A stretch of DNA of 64,000 bases. It comes from Candidatus Eiseniibacteriota bacterium (lineage in GTDB: Bacteria > Eisenbacteria > RBG-16-71-46). A program made the position numbers and the translations under genes. Of the stretch, positions 18,461 to 28,312 are shown one piece after another. Under the pieces are notes generated by a model, which saw only the letters and a program-made list of their open reading frames with translations, had not been told where the DNA came from and did not search any database. The stretch is from positions 12,265 through 76,264 of the forward strand of contig JANLWX010000018.1 of assembly GCA_031364845.1 (NCBI GenBank), read 5' to 3'. Each line of letters opens with the position of its first letter. Within the stretch, counting starts at the first letter, position 1.

Positions 18461-20350
18461 TCAGCCTTCGACGGAGGCCGGTGCTTCATTCGCGCGGCCG
18501 CGACGCGCATGCACCATGAGCACCGCGACATCCGACGGTGACACACCGGCGATGCGACTCGCCTGGCCGACGGTTGCGGGCCGCCAGCGCCGCAGCTTCT
18601 CGCGGGCCTCGCGCGAAACACCGACGAGTTCGTCCTCCCACAGCGATACCGAAAGCAGGACGTGATCCATGGAGGCCGACTTCTCGGCGGTGCGTTGCTG
18701 GCGCTCGATGTATCCGCGATAGCGAACACGCACTTCGATGCAGTCGCTCCAGGCCGGCGGGATCTCACTCGCGACGCCACGCGCCGCGAGCCCGGCGATC
18801 GTGCCCTCGGGACGCGCAAGCAGTTCGATCGCGCGCATCGGACGTTCACCTTCGGGAACAACGACGCTGATGCGGGCGAGCCGCCGTTCCTCGGCCACGA
18901 TCGCGGCGTACTTCGCGCGGACGCGCTCGATCTGCCCGGCGCTCACGAGCCCGATCGCGTGGCCGATCTCGCACAACCGCTCGTCGGCGTTGTCGGCGCG
19001 CAGCAGCAGCCGATGCTCCGCGGCGGACGTGAACATGCGATAGGGCTCGCGGTGTTCGCGGGTCACCAGGTCATCGACCAGCACTCCGACATAGGCCTGA
19101 TCGCGCCGCAGCACGAATTGGGGATCGCCGCGCACCTGGAGTGCCGCGTTGATCCCGGCGATCAGGCCCTGGGCCGCGGCCTCCTCATAGCCTGAAGTTC
19201 CGCAGATCTGCCCGGCGAGGAACAGGCCGGGCACCTGCTTCACCTCGAACGTCGCCTGCAGCTGATGCGGAAGCACGAAGTCGTACTCGACCGCATAGCC
19301 AGGCCGGATCAACTCGGCGCGCTCGAGTCCGGGGATCGTGCGCACGAATTCGCGCTGCACGTCCGCGGGCAGGCTCGTCGAGAGGCCGTTGACGTAGATT
19401 TCGGGAACATCACGCCCCTCGGGCTCGACAAACACCTGATGCGTGGTGCGCTCGGGAAACTTCACCACCTTGTCCTCGATCGAAGGGCAATAGCGGGGCC
19501 CCGCGCCCTTGATCTCGCCCGAGTAGAGCGGTGAATGGTGAATGTTCCTGCGAATCACTTCATGAGTCCGCTCGCTGGTGCGGGTCAGCCAGCACAGCAC
19601 CTGGTCGAGTTCGAGCCGTTCGGTCCAGTGCGAAAACGGCTGCGGCGGATCGTCGCCCCGCTGCGGCGCCATCGCGGCCGTGTCGATCGAATCGCGATGG
19701 ATCCGCGGTGGAGTTCCGGTCTTAAGACGTCCGCGCTCGAGCCCGAGCTCCGACAGGCACTCGCTCAGCGCCAGCGCGGCGTGCTCACCGATCCGGCCGC
19801 CCGCAATCTTCTCGGAGCCGATGTGAATGAGACCGTCCAGAAACGTCCCCGGCGTGATGACCGCAGCCCGGCACGCGAGGAACCGCCCGTCCGCCAACTC
19901 GATGCCGGCCACACGGCCACGTTCGAGGCGCACGTGATTCGCGACCCCGGCGATCCGCTCCAATCCCGGCACTCCCGCAAGCAGTGCGAGCATTTCGCGG
20001 GAGTAGAGCGGCTTGTCGCACTGCGCGCGCGGGGACCACACCGCGGGACCGCGGCCGCGGTTGAGCATCTTGAACTGGATCGCCGCGCGGTCGGTGACGA
20101 TGCCCATGATCCCGCCCAGCGCATCGATCTCGCGCACCATGTGTCCTTTGGCGATTCCCCCGATGGCCGGATTGCACGACATCTTCGCCGTGTCGTCGAG
20201 GTTCACGGTGAGGAGCGCGGTATGAAGCCCAAGCCGCGCGCACGCGACCGCCGCTTCGCAACCCGCATGCCCCGCGCCGACCACGACCACATCGAAGCGG
20301 CCTTCGGACGCGGCGTCCGGACGGGCGGCGGTTTCGATCGGGATCGTCAT
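18461..20350 (-). CDS. mnmG: tRNA uridine-5-carboxymethylaminomethyl modification enzyme MnmG (GidA)
   Basis: FAD-binding N-terminus FDVVVVGAGHAGCEAA. The 630-aa product from internal ATG 20350 sits 1 nt after the mnmE stop. The track ORF start at 20578 lies inside mnmE. Confidence 0.9.
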   Translation of the reverse strand: MTIPIETAARPDAASEGRFDVVVVGAGHAGCEAAVACARLGLHTALLTVNLDDTAKMSCNPAIGGIAKGHMVREIDALGGIMGIVTDRAAIQFKMLNRGRGPAVWSPRAQCDKPLYSREMLALLAGVPGLERIAGVANHVRLERGRVAGIELADGRFLACRAAVITPGTFLDGLIHIGSEKIAGGRIGEHAALALSECLSELGLERGRLKTGTPPRIHRDSIDTAAMAPQRGDDPPQPFSHWTERLELDQVLCWLTRTSERTHEVIRRNIHHSPLYSGEIKGAGPRYCPSIEDKVVKFPERTTHQVFVEPEGRDVPEIYVNGLSTSLPADVQREFVRTIPGLERAELIRPGYAVEYDFVLPHQLQATFEVKQVPGLFLAGQICGTSGYEEAAAQGLIAGINAALQVRGDPQFVLRRDQAYVGVLVDDLVTREHREPYRMFTSAAEHRLLLRADNADERLCEIGHAIGLVSAGQIERVRAKYAAIVAEERRLARISVVVPEGERPMRAIELLARPEGTIAGLAARGVASEIPPAWSDCIEVRVRYRGYIERQQRTAEKSASMDHVLLSVSLWEDELVGVSREAREKLRRWRPATVGQASRIAGVSPSDVAVLMVHARRGRANEAPASVEG

Positions 20351-20351
20351 C

Positions 20352-21743
20352 TCACTTCCCGATGCAGAAGCGGCCGAAGATCCGGTCGAGTACGTCGGCA
20401 TCCACCGCGCGCCCGGTGACTTCGCCGATCGCCGCGAGCGACTCGCGCAACTCCAGCGCGACGATCTCGCCCGGCGATCCGGCCGCGGCCGCGGCGGTCG
20501 CGCGCGCGAGGCCCTCGGCCCCGCGCCGCAAGGCATCTGCATGGCGCGGATTCGCGAGCGCGATGGAGCGCTGTGCACCTGCGCCGTCCGCCGGCGCGGC
20601 TTCGATCAACTGCGCCAGCGCCGCGCGCAATTCGGCGAGCCCATCGCCACGCACAGCCGAGACCGAGACCGCGGCCGACCAGCGCGCATCGACCAACAAG
20701 GGTTCGAGATCGCGCGGTGCGAGCACGCACCCGAGGTCCGACTTGTTGAGCGCGACCAGCACGCGCTTGCCCGCGAACGCGCGCGCGATCTCGTGGTCAT
20801 CGGCATCGATCGGTGCGGTTCCATCGATCACCCACAGCAAAGCACGGCTCTCCTCGAGGGTGTCCCACGCGCGGGCGACACCGATCGATTCGACGCGATC
20901 CGCCGACTCGCGCAGGCCGGCCGTATCCGAAAGCGTGACCCGCGCCCCGCACAGCTCGATCGACTCGGTCACTCGATCCCGGGTGGTGCCCGGCAGTTCT
21001 GTCACGATCGCGCGTTCCTCGCCGATCAGCGCGTTGAACAGCGACGACTTCCCGACGTTGGGGCGGCCCACCAGCGGCACACGAACGCCGTCGCGGATTG
21101 CACGCCCCCACGCGGCACTCGCCAGCATCGCATTCAGCTCGCCGCGCACCGACTCGATCAGATCGACCACGTGCGGGGGCACCTCGACGCCGCCGACGTC
21201 CTCGGCGAAGTCGACGCGCGCTTCGACCTCGGCGAGCGCGTCGGTCATGCGGTCACCGAGCGCATCCAGCCGCCGCGACAGCGCACCCGCGAGTTGCGCG
21301 AGTGCCAGCTCATGCGCGGCCTCGGTCTCCGCGTGGATCACGTCCGCCACCGCTTCGGCTTGCGCGAGGTCGATGCGTCCGTTCAAGAACGCGCGCTGAG
21401 TGAACTCGCCGGGGCCGGCGAGCCGCGCCCCGGAGGTCACGAGTGCGGCCAGCAGACGTTCGGCCGACAGCCGCCCGCCGTGACACGAGAGCTCGACGAC
21501 ATCCTCTCCGGTGTAGGAACGCGGAGCGCGGAACACCGCCGCCACGACCTCATCCAGGCATCGGGCGTCGGTCGTGGCATGCGCCCAGCCGTGGTGCACC
21601 GTATGGGAGGCCGCCTCCGAAAGCGGCGGCCGCCCGCGGAATACGTGCCCGGCGACCGATAGCGCCTCGGGTCCGCTCACGCGCAGCACCGCGAGCCCGG
21701 CCCGGCCGGAGGCCGTGGCGATCGCAGCGATGGTGTCGGTCAA
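20352..21743 (-). CDS. mnmE: tRNA modification GTPase MnmE (TrmE)
   Basis: 463 aa; G-domain motifs; C-terminal CIGK tetrapeptide. Confidence 0.9.
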   Translation of the reverse strand: MTDTIAAIATASGRAGLAVLRVSGPEALSVAGHVFRGRPPLSEAASHTVHHGWAHATTDARCLDEVVAAVFRAPRSYTGEDVVELSCHGGRLSAERLLAALVTSGARLAGPGEFTQRAFLNGRIDLAQAEAVADVIHAETEAAHELALAQLAGALSRRLDALGDRMTDALAEVEARVDFAEDVGGVEVPPHVVDLIESVRGELNAMLASAAWGRAIRDGVRVPLVGRPNVGKSSLFNALIGEERAIVTELPGTTRDRVTESIELCGARVTLSDTAGLRESADRVESIGVARAWDTLEESRALLWVIDGTAPIDADDHEIARAFAGKRVLVALNKSDLGCVLAPRDLEPLLVDARWSAAVSVSAVRGDGLAELRAALAQLIEAAPADGAGAQRSIALANPRHADALRRGAEGLARATAAAAAGSPGEIVALELRESLAAIGEVTGRAVDADVLDRIFGRFCIGK

Positions 21744-21889
21744 TCACGCCTCCTCGATCGCAGCGCGCGCAGGACGCGCCGAACGGCACGCGTCACATCA
21801 CCGCGGTCCACGGCTCGAACCGCGGCCACAAAACGCCGCGGCGCCGGAGCCCGCTTCGAGCTCCGGCGCCGCGCGGATCCAGAACCCGT

Positions 21890-23419
21890 TTACTCTTCGT
21901 CGTCTCTCGGTCCGCCGGCGAAATCGGCCGGCGCGACGGCGACCCGTTTGATGAGCCCGGTGCCCAGGGCATAGGTCTTCACGCGCAGATCTTCTTTGAG
22001 CGTCACATGAACGATCCGGCGTTCCTGAGAGTTGAGGTACTCGGTCACGACTTCATTTCCCGAGGTGAGCGCCTCCTCAGCCAGCGTTCGCGCGAGTTGA
22101 TCCAGCTCCAGCTCCCGCTTCGCCCAGAAGTCGTTGATCTCGAGCTGCAGATGATAGCGGCCAGTCTGCCCGCGGTTGAGCATCAGGTTGAGCAGGTGCT
22201 GAAGCGCCTGACGAACCTCGCCCTTGGGGCCAGTGAGCAGGTCGTCCTGGGCCGCGACCGTCAACGAGACATCGGCGCGTTCGGTATCCGCGGTCGCCGT
22301 CACGGTCGCTTCGAAGCCCATCGCCTTCATCACTTCCTCCGTGATGCGGCGGGCCTCCTGGGCGAGTTGATCGGGCTGCATGCCCGAAGCTCCGGATGTC
22401 TCGGGACGCTCGGTGGCAGTTGCCATGGCCGTTCCCCCTCTCGACTCCTCATCGGACGCCAGCATCGCCCCGCTCATTGCGGGAACCGGAGGCATCGCCT
22501 CGCGCGGCACCGACGGCCCGCGCTCGTCACGATCACGGCCACTGCGGCCGCGACCTCCCCGGCGCCGGCGGCGACGGCCTTCGCCGTCATCGAAGCGCGC
22601 CGGCTCTCCACTCTCGATTGGAGCACGCGGCTCGGCCGCGCGCGGATCGCGAGCGGGCTGTGATGCCGCGGCTTCGTCGACGCGCGTGTCGCGGCCACCG
22701 CGATCGCGGTCGCGGCCACGGTCGGGACGCGGGCTGCGATCGCCGAACATCGGAGCATCCTCACGGGATGGCCGGTCGTCCAACGCCGGACGCGAATCCC
22801 GCCGTCCGCGATCTTCGGACGCCGGGCGTTCTTCGCGCGGAGCCCGATCACCGAACGCCGGACGCGCCTCGCGCGGAGCCCTATCTCCGGCCGGGCGCGC
22901 TTCACGCGGCCCGCGGTCCTCGCGCGGTCCACGATCTTCACGCGGTGCGCGGTCCGGCCGCGGAGCACGATCGCTCCGGGGCCCACGATCCTCGCGCGGA
23001 GGACGCGCTTCACGCGGTCCACGATCGTCACGGGGTCCGCGCGCCTCGGGTAAGCCACCGCCGCCTTCGCGTCCGCCGGCCGTAACCGGCTGGCCACCGC
23101 GAGCCGGACGCCCGCCGCGATCTCCGCGGGGACGGTCTTCGCGACCTCCGCGGCCGCCACGAGCGCCGCGGTCACGTCCGCCGCGTCCACCACTGCTGCG
23201 GCGGCCGCGATCGTCTTCCGCCATCGGTTCCGCCGGCGGACCGCCCGGACGCGGGATGATACGAACCTTGTAGGGACGGGCTCCGATACCCAGGAAACCA
23301 CCGGACCCTTCCTCGATCACCGCGATCGATACTTCCGCGCGGGACAGACCGAGCGCCTCGAGACCTTTGCGCACCGCGTCATCGAGGGTCTTGCCGTCGA
23401 ATATGACCCCTGTAGCCAT
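21890..23419 (-). CDS. jag: Jag/KhpB (EloR)-like RNA-binding protein with Jag_N, KH and R3H domains and a ~250-aa RD/RG-rich low-complexity insert
   Basis: Jag_N N-terminus MATGVIFDGKTLDDAVRKGLEALGL. C-terminal KH/R3H region (LTGPKGEVRQALQHLLNLM...RIVHVTLKED). The middle consists of DRGPRE/DRAPRE repeats. Confidence 0.8.
   Translation of the reverse strand: MATGVIFDGKTLDDAVRKGLEALGLSRAEVSIAVIEEGSGGFLGIGARPYKVRIIPRPGGPPAEPMAEDDRGRRSSGGRGGRDRGARGGRGGREDRPRGDRGGRPARGGQPVTAGGREGGGGLPEARGPRDDRGPREARPPREDRGPRSDRAPRPDRAPREDRGPREDRGPREARPAGDRAPREARPAFGDRAPREERPASEDRGRRDSRPALDDRPSREDAPMFGDRSPRPDRGRDRDRGGRDTRVDEAAASQPARDPRAAEPRAPIESGEPARFDDGEGRRRRRRGGRGRSGRDRDERGPSVPREAMPPVPAMSGAMLASDEESRGGTAMATATERPETSGASGMQPDQLAQEARRITEEVMKAMGFEATVTATADTERADVSLTVAAQDDLLTGPKGEVRQALQHLLNLMLNRGQTGRYHLQLEINDFWAKRELELDQLARTLAEEALTSGNEVVTEYLNSQERRIVHVTLKEDLRVKTYALGTGLIKRVAVAPADFAGGPRDDEE
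22800..23070. repeat. Degenerate 18-bp tandem repeats encoding DR(G/A)PRE hexapeptides inside jag
   Basis: Repeated CTCGCGCGGTCCACGATC-like units read from sequence; boundaries approximate. Confidence 0.5.
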
Positions 23420-23689
23420 TCCAGAACCTCCCAGAACCTCTCAACCACTTGCGACCGGAGCGAGCAACCTGAATGTGCTCCGTATGTCGCGTCGGAAACG
23501 AGCGAGCCCTGGCACCTCGAGGCCCGCCGGACCACTCGGGCGTGAGCTTGTGTCGATCCGGCTTGCGGGCCCACCGCGGGGCTCGAAGCCCGGCGCGGGT
23601 CGCCATCTCGCTAGAGTACCTGCTCCATGACCCTTTGGCCACGGCGCAGCGCAGCAATCATCCCGGGATTCCCGAGCCGGCACTGCCGA

Positions 23690-25552
23690 TCAGGAGCGTC
23701 CCTTCCTGCGGCCGGGACCGGCGGTGGCTGCCACCGGAGTTCCCAGCACCTGCACGCCGTCGTCCCCGCGCATCACATGCCACTGCTGGAGCGCCGTGAG
23801 CAGATTCATCACCGTCCAGTACAACACCAGCCCGGATGGCAATTTGTAGAAGAACACCAGCATCACGACGTTCATGATGTACATCGTCGGCTTCTGGTCG
23901 GGCGCGGTCGGCGTCACCATCTGCTGGAGCAGCCCGCTGCCGAGCATCAGGATCGGAAGCACGTGGATCGGGAACGACGCCACGGTGAACAGGACGTCGG
24001 GAGCCGAGAGGTCGTTGATCCACGCCACGAACGGCGCCTGCCGCAACTCGATCGCGTTGAACAGCACGTTGTAGAGCGCGATGAACATCGGCATCTGAAT
24101 CACCATCGGAAGACATCCGCCCGCCGGGTTCACCTTGTGCTCTTTATACAGCGCCATCATCCCCGCGTTCATCGCCTGCGGATCGTTCTTGTACTTCTCC
24201 TTCAGCCGGTTCATCTCCGGCTGAAGCCGTTGCATGTTGCGCATGCTCTTCATGCTCGTGATGTTGAGCGGATGGAGCACCACGCGGACGAGGGTCGCGA
24301 GCAGCAGGATCGCGAGACCGTAGTTCAACACCATCCCGTAGATCTTATTCAACAGCCACAGCAGTCCCTTGCTGAAGGGCAGCAGCCAGTTCCAGCCGAG
24401 GTCGACCGCGCGATCGAGCCCCAGGCCGAGCTGGGACAGGCTGAAGTACTCGCACGGCCCGACATAGACGACGAACTTGTTGAGCGGTTGCGAATCGCCC
24501 GGCAGGCCGAGCACCAGCGAATTGATGGCGACTTCGTACTGGCGTCCGGTTCCCGCCGGAAGTGCGGCGAGTTCCTGGGTGGAGAAGTCCCGGCGCTCCG
24601 CGGACGAGATGACGCTGCGCGAGGTCCCGCGCTGGACGGCGACGCTGTTCAAGAAGTACCGATTCTGGACACCCGCCCACAGCGCGTTGCCCTCGAAACG
24701 CTTCGGCTCCTTGAGCAGTTTGGCCGCGTGCTCGCGGCGGATGTTGGTGCCGACCATGCTGGTCGCGCGCAGCGCGCGGGCATCGCTCGCGATGTCCCGC
24801 TCGGTGGTCAGCGGCCACGACCGCGTCGCGATCGAGTAGTCCGACACACGCCAACCCGCCGGCACGCCGCTCAGCTCGATGTCGTAGTCGAGCGCATAGG
24901 ATCCGTCGCGCACGCGCCACGTCTGCCTCACGAACAGCCCCGAAGCTCCGCGGTGCGTGAACGTGATGGCGCGCACGGCACCCGAAGCGTCGGTACTGTC
25001 CTGGACCTCGTAGACGAGATTGCCGAGCGACTGGAGCGCGGAACCCGAACCCAGGTCCATCGCCACCAGCGGCCCGCCGGCCAGCGTCACACGGTCGCCG
25101 GGCGGAATCTCCTCGTTGCGACCGTAGATCGTGCGCTTCCCGTTGCGGGTCGTTAGGCCGTGCTCCGAGGCGTAGCGCTTGAGCTCGACCGAGACCAGCC
25201 GCGCCCCGCGATTGCTGAAATGTGCCCGGTAGAGCGGGGTTTCGACTTCGATCGCGCGTTCGAGACCAGCGCCTTCGATCCCCGCGGGCGTCGCGGCGAG
25301 TTCGGCGCCGGTTCCCGTGGAGTCCTGCCGGCCGGCGACCGGCAGGCCAGAAGCGGGCGGGGAGTCGACGACCGAAGCCACAGGCGGGGCCGCCGTGGCC
25401 TCATGCCGGGTCGTGTCGGTGACCGCGGGACGCCGGGGCGGATCCAGGTAAGGGGCAAATCCCAGCATGCGCATGACCGGCTGGTAGCCGAGAATAAATG
25501 CGATACACAGGGCGATGGCGATGATCGCTTTGCGGTCGAGCTGCTTGTCCAT
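23690..25552 (-). CDS. yidC: Membrane protein insertase YidC
   Basis: 620 aa; N-terminal TM, large periplasmic domain and a conserved C-terminal 5-TM core. Confidence 0.9.
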   Translation of the reverse strand: MDKQLDRKAIIAIALCIAFILGYQPVMRMLGFAPYLDPPRRPAVTDTTRHEATAAPPVASVVDSPPASGLPVAGRQDSTGTGAELAATPAGIEGAGLERAIEVETPLYRAHFSNRGARLVSVELKRYASEHGLTTRNGKRTIYGRNEEIPPGDRVTLAGGPLVAMDLGSGSALQSLGNLVYEVQDSTDASGAVRAITFTHRGASGLFVRQTWRVRDGSYALDYDIELSGVPAGWRVSDYSIATRSWPLTTERDIASDARALRATSMVGTNIRREHAAKLLKEPKRFEGNALWAGVQNRYFLNSVAVQRGTSRSVISSAERRDFSTQELAALPAGTGRQYEVAINSLVLGLPGDSQPLNKFVVYVGPCEYFSLSQLGLGLDRAVDLGWNWLLPFSKGLLWLLNKIYGMVLNYGLAILLLATLVRVVLHPLNITSMKSMRNMQRLQPEMNRLKEKYKNDPQAMNAGMMALYKEHKVNPAGGCLPMVIQMPMFIALYNVLFNAIELRQAPFVAWINDLSAPDVLFTVASFPIHVLPILMLGSGLLQQMVTPTAPDQKPTMYIMNVVMLVFFYKLPSGLVLYWTVMNLLTALQQWHVMRGDDGVQVLGTPVAATAGPGRRKGRS

Positions 25553-25761
25553 CAGGGCACCGGGTCGTAGCCGCTCGCACCCAGCGGATGACAGCGGGCG
25601 AGTCGGCGAAGGGTGAGAACGAGGCCGCGCGCGGCTCCGTGGCGATCGATCGCCTCGAGCGCGTACGCGGAACAGGTCGGGTGGTAGCGGCAGGCTCCGC
25701 GAGCGAATGGCCCGAGAGCGAATCGATAGCCGCGGACGAGGGCGATCGCGATGAACTTCAT
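25552..25761 (-). CDS. yidD: Membrane protein insertion efficiency factor YidD
   Basis: 69 aa; ALVRGYRFALGPFARGACRYHPTCSAYALEA signature. Stop overlaps the yidC start. Confidence 0.85.
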   Translation of the reverse strand: MKFIAIALVRGYRFALGPFARGACRYHPTCSAYALEAIDRHGAARGLVLTLRRLARCHPLGASGYDPVP

Positions 25762-25828
25762 GCTCGGTTCCCGAGCCGGCGCGAAAGGGACTCTGCCGCG
25801 GGGATTCGAGACCTCATCGGCAAACAGG

Positions 25829-26302
25829 TCACGACGGAAGTTCTCCGGTCGGCTGGAGCGCCCCGGCGCTAGCGAGCACCCGTTCGATGTCGTCGGCGAG
25901 ATCCTGGTGGAGAGCCGTGCCGGCGGTGCGTCGTGCGATCAGGACCAGCCAGTAGCCGGTCGCGGGCACGCGCTGCCAGCGCAGGCGCACGATCTCGCGC
26001 AGACGGCGCCGCGCGCGATTACGCTCGACCGCATTGCCGACGCCCTTCTTGCTCGTGATGAATCCGACGCGGGTCATTTCGGAGGGCTTGGCGAGCACGA
26101 GCAGCAGACAGTGCGTCCCGCGCACCGCGGCGCCGCGCTCTTTGACCTCGGCATACTCCTTCGAAGTGCGCACACGCTGCGTGGAATCGTAGCGCCGCAC
26201 TCGCGGGTTCACTGCGAACTCGCGATCGGGTACGCGGAGACTGTTCCGCCGCGGATCACCGAAGTCACGCGCGGTGGGAGTTTGAAGGGCGGTAGGCAGC
26301 AA
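25829..26302 (-). CDS. rnpA: RNase P protein component RnpA (true start probably internal, near 26200)
   Basis: KKGVGNAVERNRARRRLRE RNR motif. The conserved core is ~123 aa and the track ORF is 157 aa. Confidence 0.75.
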   Translation of the reverse strand: MLPTALQTPTARDFGDPRRNSLRVPDREFAVNPRVRRYDSTQRVRTSKEYAEVKERGAAVRGTHCLLLVLAKPSEMTRVGFITSKKGVGNAVERNRARRRLREIVRLRWQRVPATGYWLVLIARRTAGTALHQDLADDIERVLASAGALQPTGELPS

Positions 26303-26318
26303 GGTGCCGCGACCGCGG

Positions 26319-26462
26319 CTACGCCGACGAAACGGTCAGGCGCTTGCGGCCCTGGGCGCGGCGCGCCGCGAGAATCTTGCGGCCGCCCTTGGTCTTCATC
26401 CGGTGGCGGAATCCGTGAGTCTTCTTCCGGTGCCGGTTACGGGGCTGGAATGTGCGCTTCAT
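26319..26462 (-). CDS. rpmH: 50S ribosomal protein L34
   Basis: Own translation of the reverse strand gives [47 protein letters not shown]. Not in the ORF track because it is under 60 aa. Confidence 0.85.
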   Translation of the reverse strand: MKRTFQPRNRHRKKTHGFRHRMKTKGGRKILAARRAQGRKRLTVSSA

Positions 26463-26605
26463 TGCGGATTATTCCTCGTTTCGACAAAGGGTTAGGCAAA
26501 GAGGCGGGAGATTAGGGGGCAGCGGGCCCCCAAGTCAAGCCGGAGGTATCCATGGTGAGGGACGGGGAGTCAGAACCCGCAGCCCTCAATCCGGAGTCAA
26601 ACCCA

Positions 26606-27439
26606 CTACCGGCGAAGCGCCTCGTCCATCGAGTCCCGGAATTCGCCGAGCCGCTCGCGCTCCGTGGGCCGCATTTCGTCGACTTCCGGGCCGCGGCCAT
26701 CGTTGAACACGAACCGCCGGCGGCCTTCGTCGACCACGGACATCTCGCCGCCGCGCGCGCCGACGTCCACGTGCCCTTCGAGCACGCAGATGCAGGTGCC
26801 CTGCGGCTCGCAGATCACCGCCAGCGTCGTTCCGGTCACCGCGACATCGGCCTCCGGAGTATGGATGGCGAGCCGGGCGCCTTTGAAACGCGGTCCGGTG
26901 GTGATTCGAAGCTGCCCCCCGGCCAGCGTGGCCGAAACGCCGCGACCGAACCACCGGCCGGGGCTCGCCGGCATCTCCACATCGGTGCCCGCCATCAGCA
27001 CGATCGCCAGATTTCCGGGTGCCATCACTTCCACGGTGGCGCCGGGCGGAACCCGAACCCTCGCCCCCGGCAGGAGTGCTGCGGCCAGCTGCTCGGAGTG
27101 CTCGAGGGGTATCGGTAGGTTTCCGACCACGATGATCCCCGACCCCGAAACGTCTTTCACCTGCCACGCCGGGCCGCGGTTCAGCCCGATCGCGGTCACC
27201 GCGATCAGCGTGGCCGCGGCGGCCCACGCCAGCGGCGGTACCCACCGCGCCGGAAACCGGAACACGCCCGGCACCTCGCGCACGCGGGAACGATCGAGCC
27301 CGCTCGAGATGGAGCCCGTCATGAACTCCGTCTGCAGCCGATCCCGGAATGCGCTCGACGCCCCGCGCATGCGGAGGCCGCGAACCGCGGCTGCCGCCTC
27401 GCGCTCTTCGGGAGTCAGGACGTCGATGTCGTCGATCAT
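26606..27439 (-). CDS. Putative anti-sigma factor (single TM, FecR-like periplasmic domain)
   Basis: Immediately downstream of the ECF sigma. N-terminal cytoplasmic segment, TM helix WVPPLAWAAAATLIAVTAIG, beta-rich C-terminus. Confidence 0.55.
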   Translation of the reverse strand: MIDDIDVLTPEEREAAAAVRGLRMRGASSAFRDRLQTEFMTGSISSGLDRSRVREVPGVFRFPARWVPPLAWAAAATLIAVTAIGLNRGPAWQVKDVSGSGIIVVGNLPIPLEHSEQLAAALLPGARVRVPPGATVEVMAPGNLAIVLMAGTDVEMPASPGRWFGRGVSATLAGGQLRITTGPRFKGARLAIHTPEADVAVTGTTLAVICEPQGTCICVLEGHVDVGARGGEMSVVDEGRRRFVFNDGRGPEVDEMRPTERERLGEFRDSMDEALRR

Positions 27440-27494
27440 CGTGGTCTTCCCGTGGCGGGCCCAGAGGCCATGATCGTGTTGCCGTAGAAGGCGC

Positions 27495-28175
27495 TCATCC
27501 GAGCGATTCCTTCAGCAATTTCGCGAGTGCGGCCAGTGCCCGTGAATAGCGCTTGCGCGCCGCCGCGTGTTCGATGCCCAGCAACTCGGCGATTTCCTGA
27601 TGGCTCATTCCCTGGTACTCGTACAATAGAACCGGCGTTCGCAGCGCCTCCGGCAACTCCGCGAGGGCTGTGCGCACCAGCCGCTCGCGCTCGTTCATCA
27701 ACGCATCCTGCTCGGGATCGTTCGCGGTGCTCGCGAGCGGCTCGACGATCGCCTCGTCGTCGATCGACCGGCTCTTGCCCGACATGCGGTGGGCGCTCGA
27801 GCGCCACAGATCGCGGCAGGCGTTGTAGGCAATGGCCGTGAGCCATGGCCCGGGATCGCGCGCGGGATCGATCTGATGCGCTGCGCGGTACACCTTGAAG
27901 AACACCTCCTGAGTCACGTCCTCGGCCGCGGTGCGGTCGCCCAGCAACCGCAGGACGAGCCCGAACACCCGGTCGAAGTAGTACTCGAAGAATTCCGCCA
28001 TCGCTTGCGGCTCATGCTGGCGGACTCCGTCGATCACGACGCGCGGAGGCGGCGGGAGACTTCCCGGGGCCCGTAGCTCTCGCTCCACAGGAGTCGGGGA
28101 GCCCGAACCGCCCGTCGCCACGTTCCCAACTACGCGGGAATCGGGCGGATGTGTCGGAGGAATCTCGTCGGACAC
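27495..28175 (-). CDS. ECF (sigma-70 family group 4) RNA polymerase sigma factor
   Basis: Region 2 (AMAEFFEYYFDRVFGLVLRLLGDRTAAEDVTQEVFFKVY) and region 4 HTH (LPEALRTPVLLYEYQGMSHQEIAELLGI). The start may be internal. Confidence 0.8.
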   Translation of the reverse strand: MSDEIPPTHPPDSRVVGNVATGGSGSPTPVERELRAPGSLPPPPRVVIDGVRQHEPQAMAEFFEYYFDRVFGLVLRLLGDRTAAEDVTQEVFFKVYRAAHQIDPARDPGPWLTAIAYNACRDLWRSSAHRMSGKSRSIDDEAIVEPLASTANDPEQDALMNERERLVRTALAELPEALRTPVLLYEYQGMSHQEIAELLGIEHAAARKRYSRALAALAKLLKESLG

Positions 28176-28312
28176 GAAGCCTCGGAATCGGTGACGGCTG
28201 GAATCGGGACGCGGGCAACGCGTTGGAGCGGCCGGCGACCGGTTGCGCAGCGGAGTATGTCACACGCTGCGCGAAAGTGGAGCACCCGCGAGCCGGCCGA
28301 GTCTTGGCCCGA

